A stretch of 64,000 bases of DNA, taken from assembly GCF_009914755.1 (NCBI RefSeq), contig NC_060934.1; one strand, 5' to 3'. A program made the position numbers and the translations under genes. The notes under the pieces were generated by a model that was not told the origin of the DNA, did not search any database, and worked only from the letters and a program-made list of their open reading frames with translations. Origin of the DNA: the human T2T-CHM13v2.0 reference genome, Homo sapiens. Positions 17,111 to 33,630 of the stretch are shown one piece after another; position 1 is the stretch's first letter; each line of letters starts with the position of its first letter.

Positions 17111-17398
17111 TTTTTTCTTGGAGACAGGGTCTTGTTCTGTCACCCAAGCCGGAGGACACTGATGTGATCATGGCTCACTGTAGCCTAGACCTCCTGGGCT
17201 CAAGCAATCCTCCCACCTCAGCCTCCTGAGTAGCTGAGACCACAGGCACATGTTACCATGCCCAGATAATTTTCTTCATTTTTTGTAGAGATGGGGTTTC
17301 ACCATGTTTCCCAGGCTGTCTTGAACTCCTGGACTCAAGCAATCCTCCTGCCTCGCCTCCCAAAGTGCTGAGATTACAGGTGTGAGCCACCACGCCAG
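17111..17398 (-). mobile_element. Alu (AluJ-like)
   Basis: Reverse Alu dimer with TCATGGCTCACTG and CTCAAGCAATCCTCC features. Confidence 0.88.
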
Positions 17399-20124
17399 AT
17401 TTGTTTTTTGGTTTTTTTTTAAAACACCCTTGTTTATTGCTTATTTCGTCTGTTCTCCCAGCGCTGTGTTGGCTCTTCAGTTGAATGTGAATTCTCTGTC
17501 TCTACTTTGTCTTCCTTACTACCCTTTCTTGCCAACCTCTTTCATCTTATTTTTACTGTTTCTCAGCTTGTATTTATTTTATGTGATGTTCTTTTATATT
17601 ACTGTATTTTTTAGTTTACTTTTACTCTTGGTAGCCTCGTGGGTTGTTACTTTAAATTTCCCAGGCCAGCAATCTTTTGCATTGCTCATTCTATTAATTC
17701 GAGACTTCTATTGATTCATTCCTTGGTTTTCCCGAGGTTAGGGAGAAGGAAAATTCCAGCACCAGCTTGCCTCAGCCACCAGGGCAAGACCCACTGTTAT
17801 GCCCCTTTGCACCCTTCCCGTGGCATGGTGCAGACACCCATGGTGGGCAGCCCAGGTGAGGGAGGGCTTCTGCGGGCCGGAGCCGTGCCCCATGGGCCAA
17901 TGAGGAGAAAGGAAATTACACACCGTGTGTCCACCCTAGATAGGAATGCCTCATCTTTCCAGGGCAAGGACCTCTTTACCCCCATTATACAGTCAGGAAA
18001 CTGGGACTCAGGACTGGGTCTTCAGTCTGCTTAGAATCAACTAGTCCAAAAAGTTACCTGTGTGAAAAACTGCTTCCTTTGCAAAAGCAAGGACCTCCAG
18101 AGGTCTCTTTCCTGGACCCAGGCTCTCCAGGCAGGATGGGTGGCAGGACTGAACAGAAGCTCAGGCTCATCTGGGGCTCTCATGCTAACATCCAGGATTC
18201 CCCTTGACCCCCTGGAGTCCAACAAGGTTCATTCCTTCCTTAGAACCCTGCAAAGGTCAGATAAGGCAAGCTGGAGTGTGCACAAAGGCATCTCCAAACG
18301 CCAAGGGAGAGCAAAGGAGAAGGAAGGCTCAGATCCCAGGAATGACCCCCAGGAGCTGTCATCTCAGTCCCAGGCCTCTGGGGGCAGCCTGTGTCTCACC
18401 TCCTGCTAAAGCAGAGATTCTCCAAGTGTGTGCCCCAAAGCCTGGATCTAAGAGGCTCTTCAGAGGAAGCTCGGGGCTTCTGAGGACCCCACTCCACGTC
18501 CATAGCCAGCCTTGCACATGGGCGTTCTGAGTCCACCGTTGTGTGGAGAATGGGCTTCTGCTGCTGCAGCTCACACATGTAAAACCACAGCCCTGAAAAG
18601 CCTGTCCCAGAGCCCACAGGCTGGCCCAGGCCCTCCCAGGAGACCTGCTGGGCTCCCTGCTTCCCAGCCCCAACGCCTGCCTGGGGTGGCTCTTCTCCTC
18701 TCTCTCCAACCTGGGCTCTGCAACTCTGCTGTTTTTGCACTTTGGGGACCACCCTATTCCGCAGGTGACTGGAAGGACTAAGTGGCAGGGTCCTGAATCC
18801 TGGCCTCTCTGACCCCAGGGCTGAACTCAGGCTCCTGTACCCTCAACAGTCACTGCCTGACTGTCCCAGAACATGAAGTGCCACAGAGGCTCCTGCCCCT
18901 CCCACCACTGCCCAGGGCTCCTCCTGCCCCTGTCGTCTCCTGCTTTGGGTTCCAGGGCTCCACACAGGTTTAGCTGAGACCTTGAGCTGAGTTAAGGAAG
19001 GGAGTGTACATTGCAGGTGAAGGGAACAGCGAGAGGAAAGGTATGGAGGTGGAAGCAAGTAAGGGAAGGCTGTGGGGAGAGCAGCAAGGTGGGAAGAAGG
19101 AGGCAGCAGAGGGACCAGGGTAGAAGTTGACAGAATGGTCCTGGTGGGAGATGCTAAAGCCAGACATGCTCCTTCCCAAACACATCTCTACAGAGTGGGC
19201 CTGGGGTGGCATCATAGCAGCCAGAGACCTGTCAACCATCGTGTCTTCAGTGGACATCCTGGGCAAGAGAGCCACCAATCCACAAAAAGGAACTTAAATA
19301 GTGGAGCGAGAGGACTTTGTCCCCTTTGCTACCAGGGAACTCATCGGAGACTGTCCCACCCTGGTTCTACACACAATACTTTATGCCAGTCATATGTCCT
19401 CTGCCCTCCCAGGAATGAGGCTGCAGGTGTCCACACATAGAGTGGGGCCTTGTTGCTCACCAGTCGCCCCCTGCTCCTTGTTTAAGATGAGATACCTAAA
19501 TGTCAGCCTGCACAGCAGGCCAGGAGCTGCACAGACATTTTGTTCAATGGATGTGACAGGTCCACCCCACCACACCCCTCCTCATCCCATCCTAAGTTGG
19601 GAGCAGCACAGGGGCTCCCACCAGCCCACAGCCTTTCAGAGCCGAGTCCCCGACTCTCCCAAGGGATCAGGGATGGGGGAGCTGCATCCACCTGAAGCCC
19701 TTGCTCATCCAACAGAAAGCCCCTTCCCCAGACCCAGCCCTCCAGCTAAACGCAGCCCCTAATGGATCTGGGCACCCTATATATGGACACACCCATTTCC
19801 AAGAGCAGGTTATCTGGTCTGTAAACCTCCTCTTCCATCCGGCAATGAAGTGAAATTGTGATTGATTTTTCCTATCTGGTGCACCATAGTGCATTTAGCA
19901 CCCTATAAACCTAAATGGGGGAGGTACTACCTCCCAGGAGGCTCCTGGAGACTTGGCTTGGAGCAAGGGCTGCCTGGCACTCCTTCAGATGAGGCAGGGA
20001 CATGGCAAAGGCCCTGAATCCACTGCCAATGTGCTAGGCAACCTTGGGCAAAGTCCCTGACTTGCCAGAGATCTGTCTGGAAAATAGAGAGGGACCCAGA
20101 GATGTCTTTTGTTTTTGGGCTTCG

Positions 20125-20431
<307 letters not shown>

Positions 20432-20904
20432 TGGGAGCTTTGATATGAGAGAACAGAAGAGGGAGTGGGAGGAGGCAGAAGCCCCCGGGGAGGCTCTCAG
20501 GGAAGGAGGGGAACCTGCATATGCTTAACCCTTGCCAAGCACAAGGCCTGTGCCCCACGGCAGCACACGTGCCTCACTGTGGGGACAGGCAGTGGAAGGA
20601 GAAGGAGGTGGAAATGGGGAAAAAGGGCCTGCGGATCAGAGGCCATCGGCAGGCCTGCCACCCAGGTCCTCTCACTGTCTCCAAGACCAGGGCAGATCAA
20701 CCACCAAGGGAAAGGGAGGGAGAAGCAGCCTCAGCGGTCAGAGGGGAGGGGCAGGGCTCAACCACTGAGGAACATTCACTGTTGCCTGCCGAGTGCCTGC
20801 TCACGGCCTGTTGGTGATTGACTCAAGACTTTGTGAGAATGGGACTTTTATCCCCACTCTACAGATGAGATCATCAAGTCTCAGAGCAGTAGTCACTGAA
20901 CAGT

Positions 20905-21185
20905 TAATGAAAAATAGCCCCCAACAGATGTCCACATGCTAATCCCCAGAATCTGTAGATGAGACCTTATTTGGAGAGAGGATTTGCAGATTTGATTAAG
21001 TCAAACATCTGCAGATGAGGAGATGGTCCTGGATTTTCCAAGTGGGCCCTAAATGCCATCATGAATGTCCATCTAAGAACGACTCAGAGAAGGACGACAC
21101 AGAGAAGACCATGTGATCACAGAGGCAGGGATGGGAGGGGTGCGGCCCCCTGCCAAGGAACGCGGGCAGCCACCAGAAGCTGAAA
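20905..21185 (+). mobile_element. MLT1 (B/C/D-like) LTR fragment
   Basis: CCCCAACAGATGTCCACATGCTAATCCCCAGA...CCTTATTTGGA...GCCACCAGAAGCTG. Confidence 0.7.
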
Positions 21186-22229
21186 TTTCATACAGCAGCC
21201 ACAGGAAATGAACACAATGAAGAGGCCAGGACGCAGACTGAGATTAGCCTGACATGGCCCACCAGCCCTGCACATCGGAACAAACCCCAGCTCCTTTTGG
21301 GAGAAAGTCCCCAGGGCCAGTGAGTCCAGCCAGCCCAGCATGAGCCCAGGCTGCACACGCTCACCCCAGCAGCCACACAGCCCTCCTGGACACCAGCAAA
21401 CAGAGAGAGTTAGGGCAGCCAGCAAGGCAGCCAGCAGACAGGTAAGGCCCTCCCAGGGACAGCCATGGTCCTGCACTCCACCGTGTCCTCTGAGGACTGC
21501 ACCAGCCTGCAAGGGCCTACAGGACCCAGGGGGATGGAAATTAGTGAGAGAGACCTCCAGGACCGCCGCACCCATAGCAGCTGTGTCTGAGCCTGGCTGC
21601 AACTGCCTGCCCTCTGCCCTCCATTCCCACATAGCAATCCACCCCAACCTTGTTTCTTAAAACACAAAAAGTCCTTTATTTCTTACACACAGAAGCTTGT
21701 TTTAATGTCTTGTTTGATTTAGAAAATGCCAGAAAATGTGAGGAAGAAAATGATGATAACCCATGACACTGCCTCCATGTTCTTCCCAAGTGGCCCATTC
21801 TGACCAATGAGACCTTGGCTGAAGCTCTGTTCACATAAAATAAAAGGCAGAGCCTCCGGAGGAGAAAGAGTTTGTTCCTCTGCCTTCCCCCTTCTTCCTG
21901 CTGGAAGGTAGACAGGAGACCCGGAGGAAAGCCTGCCGTCCTGTGACCTTCAGAAGCCAAGCAGGGCATGCACAGCCTGCGTTCCAGGAGGGCAGAGCGA
22001 GGCTGCTTTATCAGCCCAGGACACAGGAGCCAATCAGACCCTGGTCTTTATAAGCTTCTGCAGTGAATTTCTCAGTTTTTCGTAACTTAACACAAATCCT
22101 ACCTGATACCACCAACCAGAAATAACCGCCGTTGACATTGTGATGCTCTTCTTCCCATCCTTTTTTTCTATTCAAGTATAATTTTGAAAGAGAAACAGAC
22201 AAAAATATTACTACCTGAAATTATTTTTC

Positions 22230-22390
22230 ACCTCTTTCTTGCCTGTCTCCACCTATAGAAGGAAAGCCCAATAAGGAGGACGATAGTATTTATCTTATTT
22301 ACAGTTGTATTCTCAGTGCCTAAAAGAATACCTGGCATGTCTCAAAGATACTCAATAAATGTTAAATAAATTAATTAGTGAATGAATGAA
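22230..22390 (+). mobile_element. L2 3' end
   Basis: CAGTGCCTA..A..CCTGGCAT...CTCAATAAAT...TGAATGAATGAA terminus. Confidence 0.7.
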
Positions 22391-22429
22391 CATTTTAATG
22401 TGAGCATTTCTCTCTGCTATGAAATTCTC

Positions 22430-22860
22430 TTCCAAAAATGTGATTTTTTTTTATGGCTGATTACAGTTCTATTCCATGGAGCTATCATACATTATTTAAT
22501 CATTCATTTGCTATTGAATATTCTCCCCAATTTTTACCATTATAAACAGTGCTTCGGTAAAAAATACTTACACATGCATTTTCAGCTTTTATGCAATTAT
22601 TTTCTTAGTAGAATAAATACCTAGCAGTGGAATTGCTGGGTCAAAGGTTATGCGTCATTTAAGTCTCTAATACATAGTTCCAAAATTGCCCTCCAAAGCT
22701 GTTTTTAAAACCAGTCTACGTTTCCATGGGCAATTCATGAAAGTGTCTGCTTCTCTGCACCTTCAGCAACACTAAGCGTTATTCTTTGTTTCATTCTTGA
22801 TAAATGAAAAATTGCATCTCTAAGTTGTTTTAGGGTGCATTTCCTACCCACTGGGAACAC
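22430..22860 (-). mobile_element. Old L1M(E) fragment
   Basis: CCTAGCAGTGGAATTGCTGGGTCAAAGG and CAAAATTGCCCTCCAAAG antisense L1 motifs. Confidence 0.7.
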
Positions 22861-23399
22861 TGACTGTTCTTTTGCCAGTGTGTGGCTCTTTGTGGGGTCA
22901 CCTGAGGGTAGCGGCCTGCATCTACCATCATCTGTTGAAGGTCTGTGACCATAGAAGGGAGGGTCCCCTTGGCCTATGGGCCAGTGATCAAGCCTCTCCA
23001 GGAAATGTTGGGGAGAGTAGCCAAAGGCTAGACTTCTGGAGTCCACGAGATTTCCAGACTGGAATCATCTGGAATCATGGAGCTGACCTTCCTTCACAGG
23101 AGGCCGGGCCATCCCCGTGATCCCCTGCTAAGGGTCATGGTGGGCAGGACAGACACAAGTCCTAATGTGGACCCAGAGCCTGGTGGTTGGGGGTGAGGGG
23201 AGACCTTGGGTAGGCCCAGGCGAGGACTGGACGTTTTTGGGGACTGGCAGGGAAGGGAAGCTAATGCCAGGCCCTGAGACCTGGAAGGCTGTTACGGACT
23301 CTGAGATGCCCGAGGGAGTTGAATAAGGAGGAAGGAGGGGCCATCCAGGAAGCAGGCTGAGCACAAGCAAAGGCCCAGAGCAGGTTCAAGCATGGGGTG

Positions 23400-24080
23400 G
23401 GCTCAAGCCCAGATCAGGACCACACGGCCCGCGCATCCTCTCCGCCACACTCCCTCCCCAGAGGCCGCGCGCGCCCGCATGCCCCGCTCAGGCCCAGCTC
23501 GTCCGCAACCTAATGAAAGCCGAGGTGGGGGTTGTCCAAACATCTCCCGACCCTCACTCTGTGCCTGACCTGGGCCGCGCCCTGAGCCACCGCGCAATTG
23601 CCCACATTTCACAGATGGGGGGATTGTGCACGGACCAAGAATGGTCAAGGGCCTCCAGGCCCCACGAGGGGCCGAGAAATAGCCACGCGCGCCGGGGGTT
23701 TGAGGGCTGGAGAACCTCATGGAAGAGGCGGTGGGGCGCCCTGCCCCAAGAGACCCCGGGCTGAACAGAGACAGCGGTCTCCGGCCCCCGTGCCCGCCCT
23801 ACTGGGCTGACGGCTACACGGGCTGGTCTGCCGATTCCGCAGGTGACAGCGCGAGGGACGCAGCGAGGGCGCAGGCCGCCGCGAGGCGCGGTTTCCAAGC
23901 CCAGTCGCCGGCGCCGCCCAGGAGCAGCCGCAGTGCAATGCTGCCCCCTGCCGGCAACCGCGGGAACGGGCCCCAGGCGCTGCCGCGCGAGCCGCCCCAG
24001 GAGAAAGGACCTGTCCCAAGGATAACCGCACCTCTACGTGGTCCGGAAGGCCTGCACGCTGATGGGCGGTGGGAAGCCTA
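23400..24080. promoter_or_regulatory. Orphan CpG island ~10 kb upstream of GRID1
   Basis: CpG-dense, non-repetitive block with no associated coding exon. Confidence 0.75.
23939..23957 (-). promoter_or_regulatory. CTCF motif (reverse orientation)
   Basis: Minus strand TTGCCGGCAGGGGGCAGCA fits the CTCF core CCASYAGRKGGCRSY with one tolerated substitution. Confidence 0.65.
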
Positions 24081-24102
24081 ACAGGGCCTGGTCTCAGTGA
24101 AA

Positions 24103-24345
24103 ATAACAGCAATAGCCCACATTTACATAGCGTTTACTACGAGACAGGCACTATTTTAATGCTTTGCCTACATTAACTCATGTAATCCTCACCCAATCCT
24201 TCACAAGGGAGGCGCTCTTATTATTCCCATTTTACAGAGCAGTAAATGGAGGCACAAGAGAGTTATGTAACATGCCCAGCTGGTATGTGGCAAAATAGGA
24301 TTTGAACCCAGGCATTCTGGCTCCCCAGCCCACGTCTTTGAACTA
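24103..24345 (-). mobile_element. MIR (near full length)
   Basis: ATTAACTCATGTAATCCTCAC...ATTCCCATTTTACAGA...GGATTTGAACCCAGGC. Confidence 0.82.
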
Positions 24346-25147
24346 TCTGCCAGTCAGAAAAGCCAGTGGGGGATCCACTTTACACAGCCCAGCACCCCTG
24401 TGTAAATTCCTGCGGATTTCTAGAGCCCAACCCCCATGGTCAGCCCCTGCTGCAAATAACAGGCAGGCGTCCTATAGCGTGGATCATTAACCATTCTCCG
24501 TCTGGACCACACACGGAGGGACTGGGACCCTGGATTTCCCAGGGGTCTGTTGGAGACTGCCTGAGCCTTCCCTGAGAGCCTTAAAAGGCCAGGATCCAAA
24601 GAGGTGACCCCAGTGTCCTCCTCCTCAGGCCATCCAAGATCCGAAGCAGGAAGAGGGCCTGGGTGAGCTCAGCTTTTGTGAAGAGCTCACTGTGTGCAGC
24701 ATCTGTCCTGGCAGCCCCCAGTTCTTGCCGCTTCCCCCTCACCCTGATTCCTGCCAAAGTTTCAGGCTCAGCTCTGTCAAAACCGTAAGTCAAATTGTGA
24801 CAGTCCTACTTAAAGCTCTTTACTACAACTCAACAACAAAACCAACCTGATTAAAAAATCAGGCAAAGGACATGAATAGACGTATCTCCAAAAATGAGAT
24901 ATAAATGACCAATAAGCACATGAAAAGATGCTCAACATCACTAGTCATTAGGGAAATGCAATAAAAACCACAATGAGATACCACCTCACATCCATTACAC
25001 ACTAATCACAATCAATCAATAAATCAAGCAAGGATGTGGAGAAATTGGAACCCTTGTGAATTGTTTGTGGGAACGTAAGAGGGTGCAGCCGCTATGGAAT
25101 ACAGTAGGCCATTTCTCAAAAAATTGAAAATAGAACTACCATATGAT

Positions 25148-26004
<857 letters not shown>

Positions 26005-26288
26005 TGATCGAGCAATTCCACTATGGGTATATATCCAAAAGAATTGAAAACAGGTCCTCAAAGAGATATTTGTACACCCATATTTATAGCAATGTTATTC
26101 ACAATAGCTAAAGGGTGGAAGAAACCCAGGCGTTCATCAACAAATGATGGATAAACTGTGGTCCATCCATGCAATGGAATATTATTCATCCTTAAAAAGG
26201 AAGGACATTTTGACACATGTTCCAACATAGACGAACCTTGAGGACATTATGCTAAATGAAATAAGCGCATCACAAAAAGACAAATACT

Positions 26289-26586
<298 letters not shown>

Positions 26587-29246
26587 AAGACAAATACTGT
26601 ATGATTCTCTCATAGGAGGTACCTAGAGTAGTCATATTCACAGAGACAGAAAGTAGAATGGTGGTTGCCAGGGTCTGAGGGAAGATGAGAATGGGGAGTT
26701 GTTTAATGGGGACAGAGTTTCAGTTTGGGAAGATGAAAAAGTTCAGGAGATGGATGGTGGTGAGGGTTGCACAACAATGTGAATGTACCTAATGCCACTG
26801 AACTGTATGCTTAAAAATGGTTAAGATGGTAAATGCTATATTATGTGTATTTTATCACAATTAAAAATAAAAATAATATAAAATCAAACAAACCCTTTGC
26901 TAGGCCCTCTGTCTGCAGAACAATGGTCAAGTTCCACAGCACTTAGGCTGTAGTGAATTTCTGCAGGACCGGCCCCAGGCAATGCCCCCTGCCCTGAGAG
27001 CTGCGCCATCAAAACAACACGGGGCTGTAGCAGGAATGACCGAGGTCGTAGAAGACCCAGGCCCTGACTATGTCTGATTGGTCTGAAGATGGCCACCTAC
27101 TCCAAACTAGCCAATCAGCACCCTCCTCCAGAATGCTTTAACTAGAATAAAGAGAATCCGGCCCTATAGGTGATGGGTATGTAAGATGTGAAGTCAGGCT
27201 AGGTGGGCAGACATGATCCCTGATGGGTGGAAGGAACCAGAGAAGCACAGGCAAGAGGTGGTGGCTGTTCCCCTGCCCTCTCTGCCTTTGCAGTGTGAGT
27301 TTCTGCCATGTGTTATGGTCACTGGCAACAAAAAGATTACTGGCTAGAACAGAAGCCCTCCAAAGGGCTCCCAACCCCAAAGTGTAAAACAATTTGGTAA
27401 CATTAATGAGCCACGCTGTTTCCCACCTCTCAGCCCTTGCTGTTCCCTCTCCTAGGAATGCCTTCTTTCGTGGATGGCCCCCTAGAAATGTATGTGGCTT
27501 TTAAGATGAAGTTGAAACTCCATGAACCAGGAAGTCTTTATTACCTACACCCCCAACCCCATGTGGAAGTGACCCATCCTTGGGCCACCTGTGGCTGCAG
27601 CACCCACCATCATATATGTCTGTTCTCACACCTGCCTCCCCTTCTAGCTGGAAGAGTCGCAAAAGCTGAGACTCATCTTGTGTTCCCATTACCCAGGAAA
27701 GGGTCTAGCACCTAGTGGGTTCTCAATCAATGCTTACTGAATGAAGACGGAGATGCAAAGTAAATATCATCAACCCTCTTTTACAGAGCACACAACTGAG
27801 GCTTAATGATGTGGCATCCCAGATCAATCCCCTACAAGCTGTAGGCATCTCCTTGTCTGATCCTACCTCCCAGCCCTCCCCAACTGCTGAAATCCACCCA
27901 CGTGACTTTAGAACTCCTGGTCAATAGGAAATTCACACCTGGATCCATCATAGTGAAACAGCAGAAAACCAAAGATACAGAGAAAAATTGTAAAAGCAGC
28001 TAGAGAAGAAAAAACAGATTTCTTAAACTGACAGCTGACTTCTCAACAACAGTACACACATAACAAGGCGGAAGATAGTGGAGTGGTAGCTTCAATGAGC
28101 TGAAAGAACGTTTCTACCCTAGAACTCCACACTAAGGAAAAAAATGTCTTTCAAGAATTAGGATGAAATAAAGATTTTTCAGGCAAACAAAAACTCTGAG
28201 AGTTCAATTAGAAGCAGACGTTCACTAAAGGAAATGCTCAAGGAGCTATTTCAGGCAGAAGGAAAGTGATCCCAGATGGAAGGACCTATGCACAGGAAAG
28301 AGTGAAAAGCAGTGAGCATTTAAATGCATGGGTGAATATAAATGAACACTGTCTAGAACAGTGATGCCTATGGCATACAAAAAAATAAGAACTAAAATAT
28401 AAGACAATACAGGGATTGTCTGGGGAATATGGCAAAAGTATTCATTAACTGTAAACTTTGGTAAATTAAGTATGCAGATTTTAATTTTGAAGGAAAACAC
28501 ATACACAAAAAAGGAGACAATAACTTTGGATGGAAAAGTGTATGATAAAGTACAGTGAAGTCCAAGAAAATACAGTTGAGCCCAAGAAAGCAAGAAAGAG
28601 AAACAGAACAGAAAGCCCAAAATAAAGTGATATTTTAAAAACAAAAATACATTAATAAGTATATTAAATGTAAGAGAATTGAATGCTTTAGTCAAATTGC
28701 AAATGTTAGTAAATTGGATTTTTTGTGAAAATCTAGATGTGACAAAAGTCACATTTAGGATATAAAAATAAAGAAATATTGAGAGTAAAAGGAATAAGGA
28801 TAATGTGCCATGTGAGCATTAACCAAAAAAGAGCTACTGTGGCTATAGCAATATCAGACAAAGTAGACTTTAAGGCAAAAAAGTATTATTAGAGATAAAG
28901 AGGATTATTATGTGATGATAAAATATTTCATTTACAAGGGAGACATAAAAATGTTATACTTGTATGCATTTAACAACATAGTCACAAAATATATAAAGTC
29001 CAAAATTATATATCTACAAAAAGAAAGACAAATCCAACATCACAGTGAGAGAATTTAGCACAAGTCTCTCAGTATAGACAAGAAAAGCAGTAAAAAGCCG
29101 TCACAATTCAGGGAAGAAATAAACCATCTGTAAAATATTATTAACATATTTGATCTAGTGGACACATATAGAATGCTGCACTCAACAAGAGCAGACTACA
29201 GTTTCTTTTCAAGCATACATGAACATTTACAAAAAGATAATGTTTA

Positions 29247-29542
29247 GGCCGGGTGCAGTGGCTCATGCTTTTAATCCCAGCACTTTAGGAGGCCGAGACG
29301 GGCGGATTACCTGAGGTCAGGAGTTCAAGACTAGCCTGGCCAATATGGCAAAACCCCATCTCTACTAAAAATACAAAAATTAACCCACCATGATGGTGCA
29401 TGCCTGTAATCTCAGCTACTTAGGAGGCTGAAGCAAGAAAATCACTTGAATCCAGGAGGCGGAGGTTGCAGTGAGCCAAGATCACACCACTGCACTCCAG
29501 CCTGGGCAAAACAGCAAGACTCTATCTCAAAAAAAAAAAAAA
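29247..29542 (+). mobile_element. Alu (AluS)
   Basis: Full dimer, TSD AAAAAGATAATGTTT. Confidence 0.92.
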
Positions 29543-29575
29543 GATAATGTTTGATTGAAATAGTATTAAACATGA

Positions 29576-29901
<326 letters not shown>

Positions 29902-30036
29902 ATTAAACATGATTTCTGACAACAATGTAATTAACTTGGTAATTAATATTAAAAATAAAACTAAGAAATACATTCCTAAACAACTCAGTATACAAAAAGA
30001 ACATGATAAATGAAAATTAGAAAATATTTACAACAG

Positions 30037-30333
30037 GCCTGTAATCCCAGCACTTTGGGAGGCCGAGGCGGGCAGATCACGAGGTCAGGAGATCGAGACC
30101 ATCCTGGCTAACACAGTGAAACCCCGTCTCTACTAAAAATACAAAAAAATTAGCCGGGCGAGGTGGCAGGTGCCTGTAGTCCCAGCTACTCGGGAGGCTG
30201 AGGCAGGAGAATGGCATGAACCCCAGGAGGCGGAGCTTGCAGTGAGCCGAGATCGCACCACTGCACTCCAGCCTGGGTGGCAGAGCGAGACTCCGTCTCA
30301 TAAAAAAAAAAAGAAAGAAAGAAAAAGAAAAAA
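30037..30333 (+). mobile_element. AluY, 5'-truncated
   Basis: Starts at GCCTGTAATCCC; Y diagnostics present; TSD GAAAATATTTACAACAG. Confidence 0.92.
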
Positions 30334-30987
30334 GAAAATATTTACAACAGAAGAATAACAAAAATGTCACATATCAAAACTCATGCTTCTCTCTAAGTAG
30401 CCTTTTATGTATTTGGAAGATTTATAGTCTTGAAGGAAGGCAGAAAATTAATGAAAAAGTGTCCATTTCCGACATTAGAAAAAGAAACGTAAAATAACCC
30501 AAAAAGGTAGAATAAAAAAGTCGAGAGTATAAATTAATAAAATATGAAAGATAATACATGCAATAGAGAAATCAAAATAAAATTTAAAAGTCAAAAGTCA
30601 TTTCTTTGAAACTATTAACAAAGTTAAAAAATCCTGGCAAGACTGATCAAAATGGAAGAGAGAAAAAGAGAAAGAGAGAGAATGAAAATAACTAAGCAAG
30701 AGTAAGAAAAAGAAGTTAACCAAGGATCCTACAGACATCAAAAAATAAGAAAATAGTATGAACATATATTTGAAAATTCAAATGAAATGGATAAATTTCT
30801 CTCTAAAATACAATTTACCAAAATTTATACCAGAGGAAATGGATAACTTGGGCAGTCTTACAATTATTAAAGAAATGTAAATCCTTGAAGCCCAGATGGT
30901 TTCATTGGTGAATTCTACCAAACATTTAAGGAAGAAACAATGTCACTGTTACACAAACTTTTCCATAGACCAGAAAAAGAGGAACCA

Positions 30988-31292
<305 letters not shown>

Positions 31293-32356
31293 AGAAAAAG
31301 AGGAACCATCCCAACTTCTTTATGATGCCAGCAGAGCAATATTAAAACCTGACAAAGACATTAGAGAAATGAAAATCACAAGCCACTCACTTTCATGAAA
31401 GTAAATGCAAAAATTCTAAATCAAACATTAGCCAACCAAATCAAAAGATATGTAAATAAAATATAAATATATTACAAATATATAATCCATCATGACCAAA
31501 TTTTATGTATTCTAGTAATGAAAATTGGCTTAACATTTTAAAAAATCAGTGATATTCACCACATTGTAAAGGATTGAAGGAGGAAAAATATTTGAAAACC
31601 TGTGGATTCTATGGAACAAAAAAAGGTGCAGTGAGAAGCTTTAAGAAGACCTACATAGATGAAGGGATACACTATAAATAAATATTGGAAGAACAAATAT
31701 GATACAGATGTCAGTTTAAATCAGAAATTCAAAAGATGTTTTGTGGAACTTGTAAAGTGAGTCTAAAATGTATTGAGAAGTATAAAAAAATAAGATAGCC
31801 AAGACACTTTTAAAGAAAAGCAAGATGGGAGAACTTATTCTGCTAGATGTCAAGACCTATTATAAATAGAAATTCAGACAGTGTGGTATTGACTCAAAGA
31901 TAGAAGATTAGAATGGAACAGAATAGAGAGCCCAGAAAGGACTCTTGCATACACAAACATTTGCTATCTGGCCAAAGTGGTGCTGCAGAGCAGACAGGAA
32001 TGGACGTTCTTCTTAATAAATGACACTGACATATCCATATGAGGAAAAAGTTAAATTGGATCCCTACTTCACACCATACATTAAATTCCAGGTTGATTAA
32101 TGACCTAAATAGAAAGAGAAATTCAGAAAGCTTTAGGTGATTAGAAAGTTAGACAGCTCTTATGACCTTGAGGGAGGGGAAAACTTAAACAAGACTTAAA
32201 AAGCATTAGCCACAAAGGGGGGAAAAGCTATAAAGAGAGCAAAAACAAAGCCATGATGGGAGAATGTATAAATAAAAAAATAACTCTCCAAAATAAATAC
32301 TTCTAAACAGAGGGAATATATAACGAACTACAAATCAATATGAAAAAAAGCTACAA

Positions 32357-32737
32357 TCAGGGGAGATGAAAGTTGACTACAAATTCTTTGCTATTCCTCT
32401 CATTGAAAGGTGGAATCCAATTCCCCTTTCCTTGAATCTGGGCTGGCCTTAGTGACTTGCTTGACTGAAAAAACACATCTGGGACATTCAACACTAAGTC
32501 AGAAGAAGTCCTGCACTTCCACCCAGTGCTTGCAATGCTTGTTCTGGGGCACACCTGAGACTGCCCCACTGTGACGAAGCCATTCCCCAGCTAGCCCTGC
32601 CCCTAGCCATTGAGTCATCACAGCTGAGGACAAGTCCTGCTCAAGCTGAAGACCCATGAGCAAAAGAAATTAGTGCTGCTTTTTCCGGTCACAAAATTTT
32701 GGGGTGGTTGGCTATGTAGCAGTACGTAATCAGAATA
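32357..32737 (+). mobile_element. MLT1 (F/G/H-like) LTR inside L1
   Basis: CTACAAATTCTTTG..CTTGAATCTGGGCTGGCCTTAGTGACTTGCTTGAC; end GGGGTGGTTGGCTATGTAGCAG. Confidence 0.65.
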
Positions 32738-33322
32738 ACAACCTAATAGAAAAATGGACAAAACGTTTGAACAGGCACTTTTCAAAAGAAAAAATTCATT
32801 TGTGATTAGAGAAATGCAAATTAAAACTAGAATGAGATGCCATTACACATCCATCAAAATATAGGAGTGTAAAATTATGTATCCACTTTGGAAAGAGTTT
32901 GGCATCACCTATTCAAGCTGCAGATACACATGCCCTCTGACCCAGCATTTCCACTCTACCCTAGGGAGACTCCTGCACAAGGGCACATGTGACAGACCTA
33001 TGAACATTCACAGCAGCACTGTTTGTGAAAGGCAGAATCTGCAAACAACCCAAACTTCCATCTTAGTGGAGTAAGTAAATAGATCATTGCAATATGTTTC
33101 TACAATGGACCCCTATGCAGCCATGAAAATGAACAAGCTAAAACTATAGAAAACATGAATGCTATTCACAAACATGACATTGAATAAAAGGCAAAACCAA
33201 TACAAAACAAAAAACAACCGTATTTAGTGGCCTTCTATTCAAATGAATAGAAATAACAACCAAAACAAATTTAGGAATGCACTGAGATAGTAAAAAACTA
33301 CTTTTTAAATATTATCAGTGTC

Positions 33323-33630
<308 letters not shown>

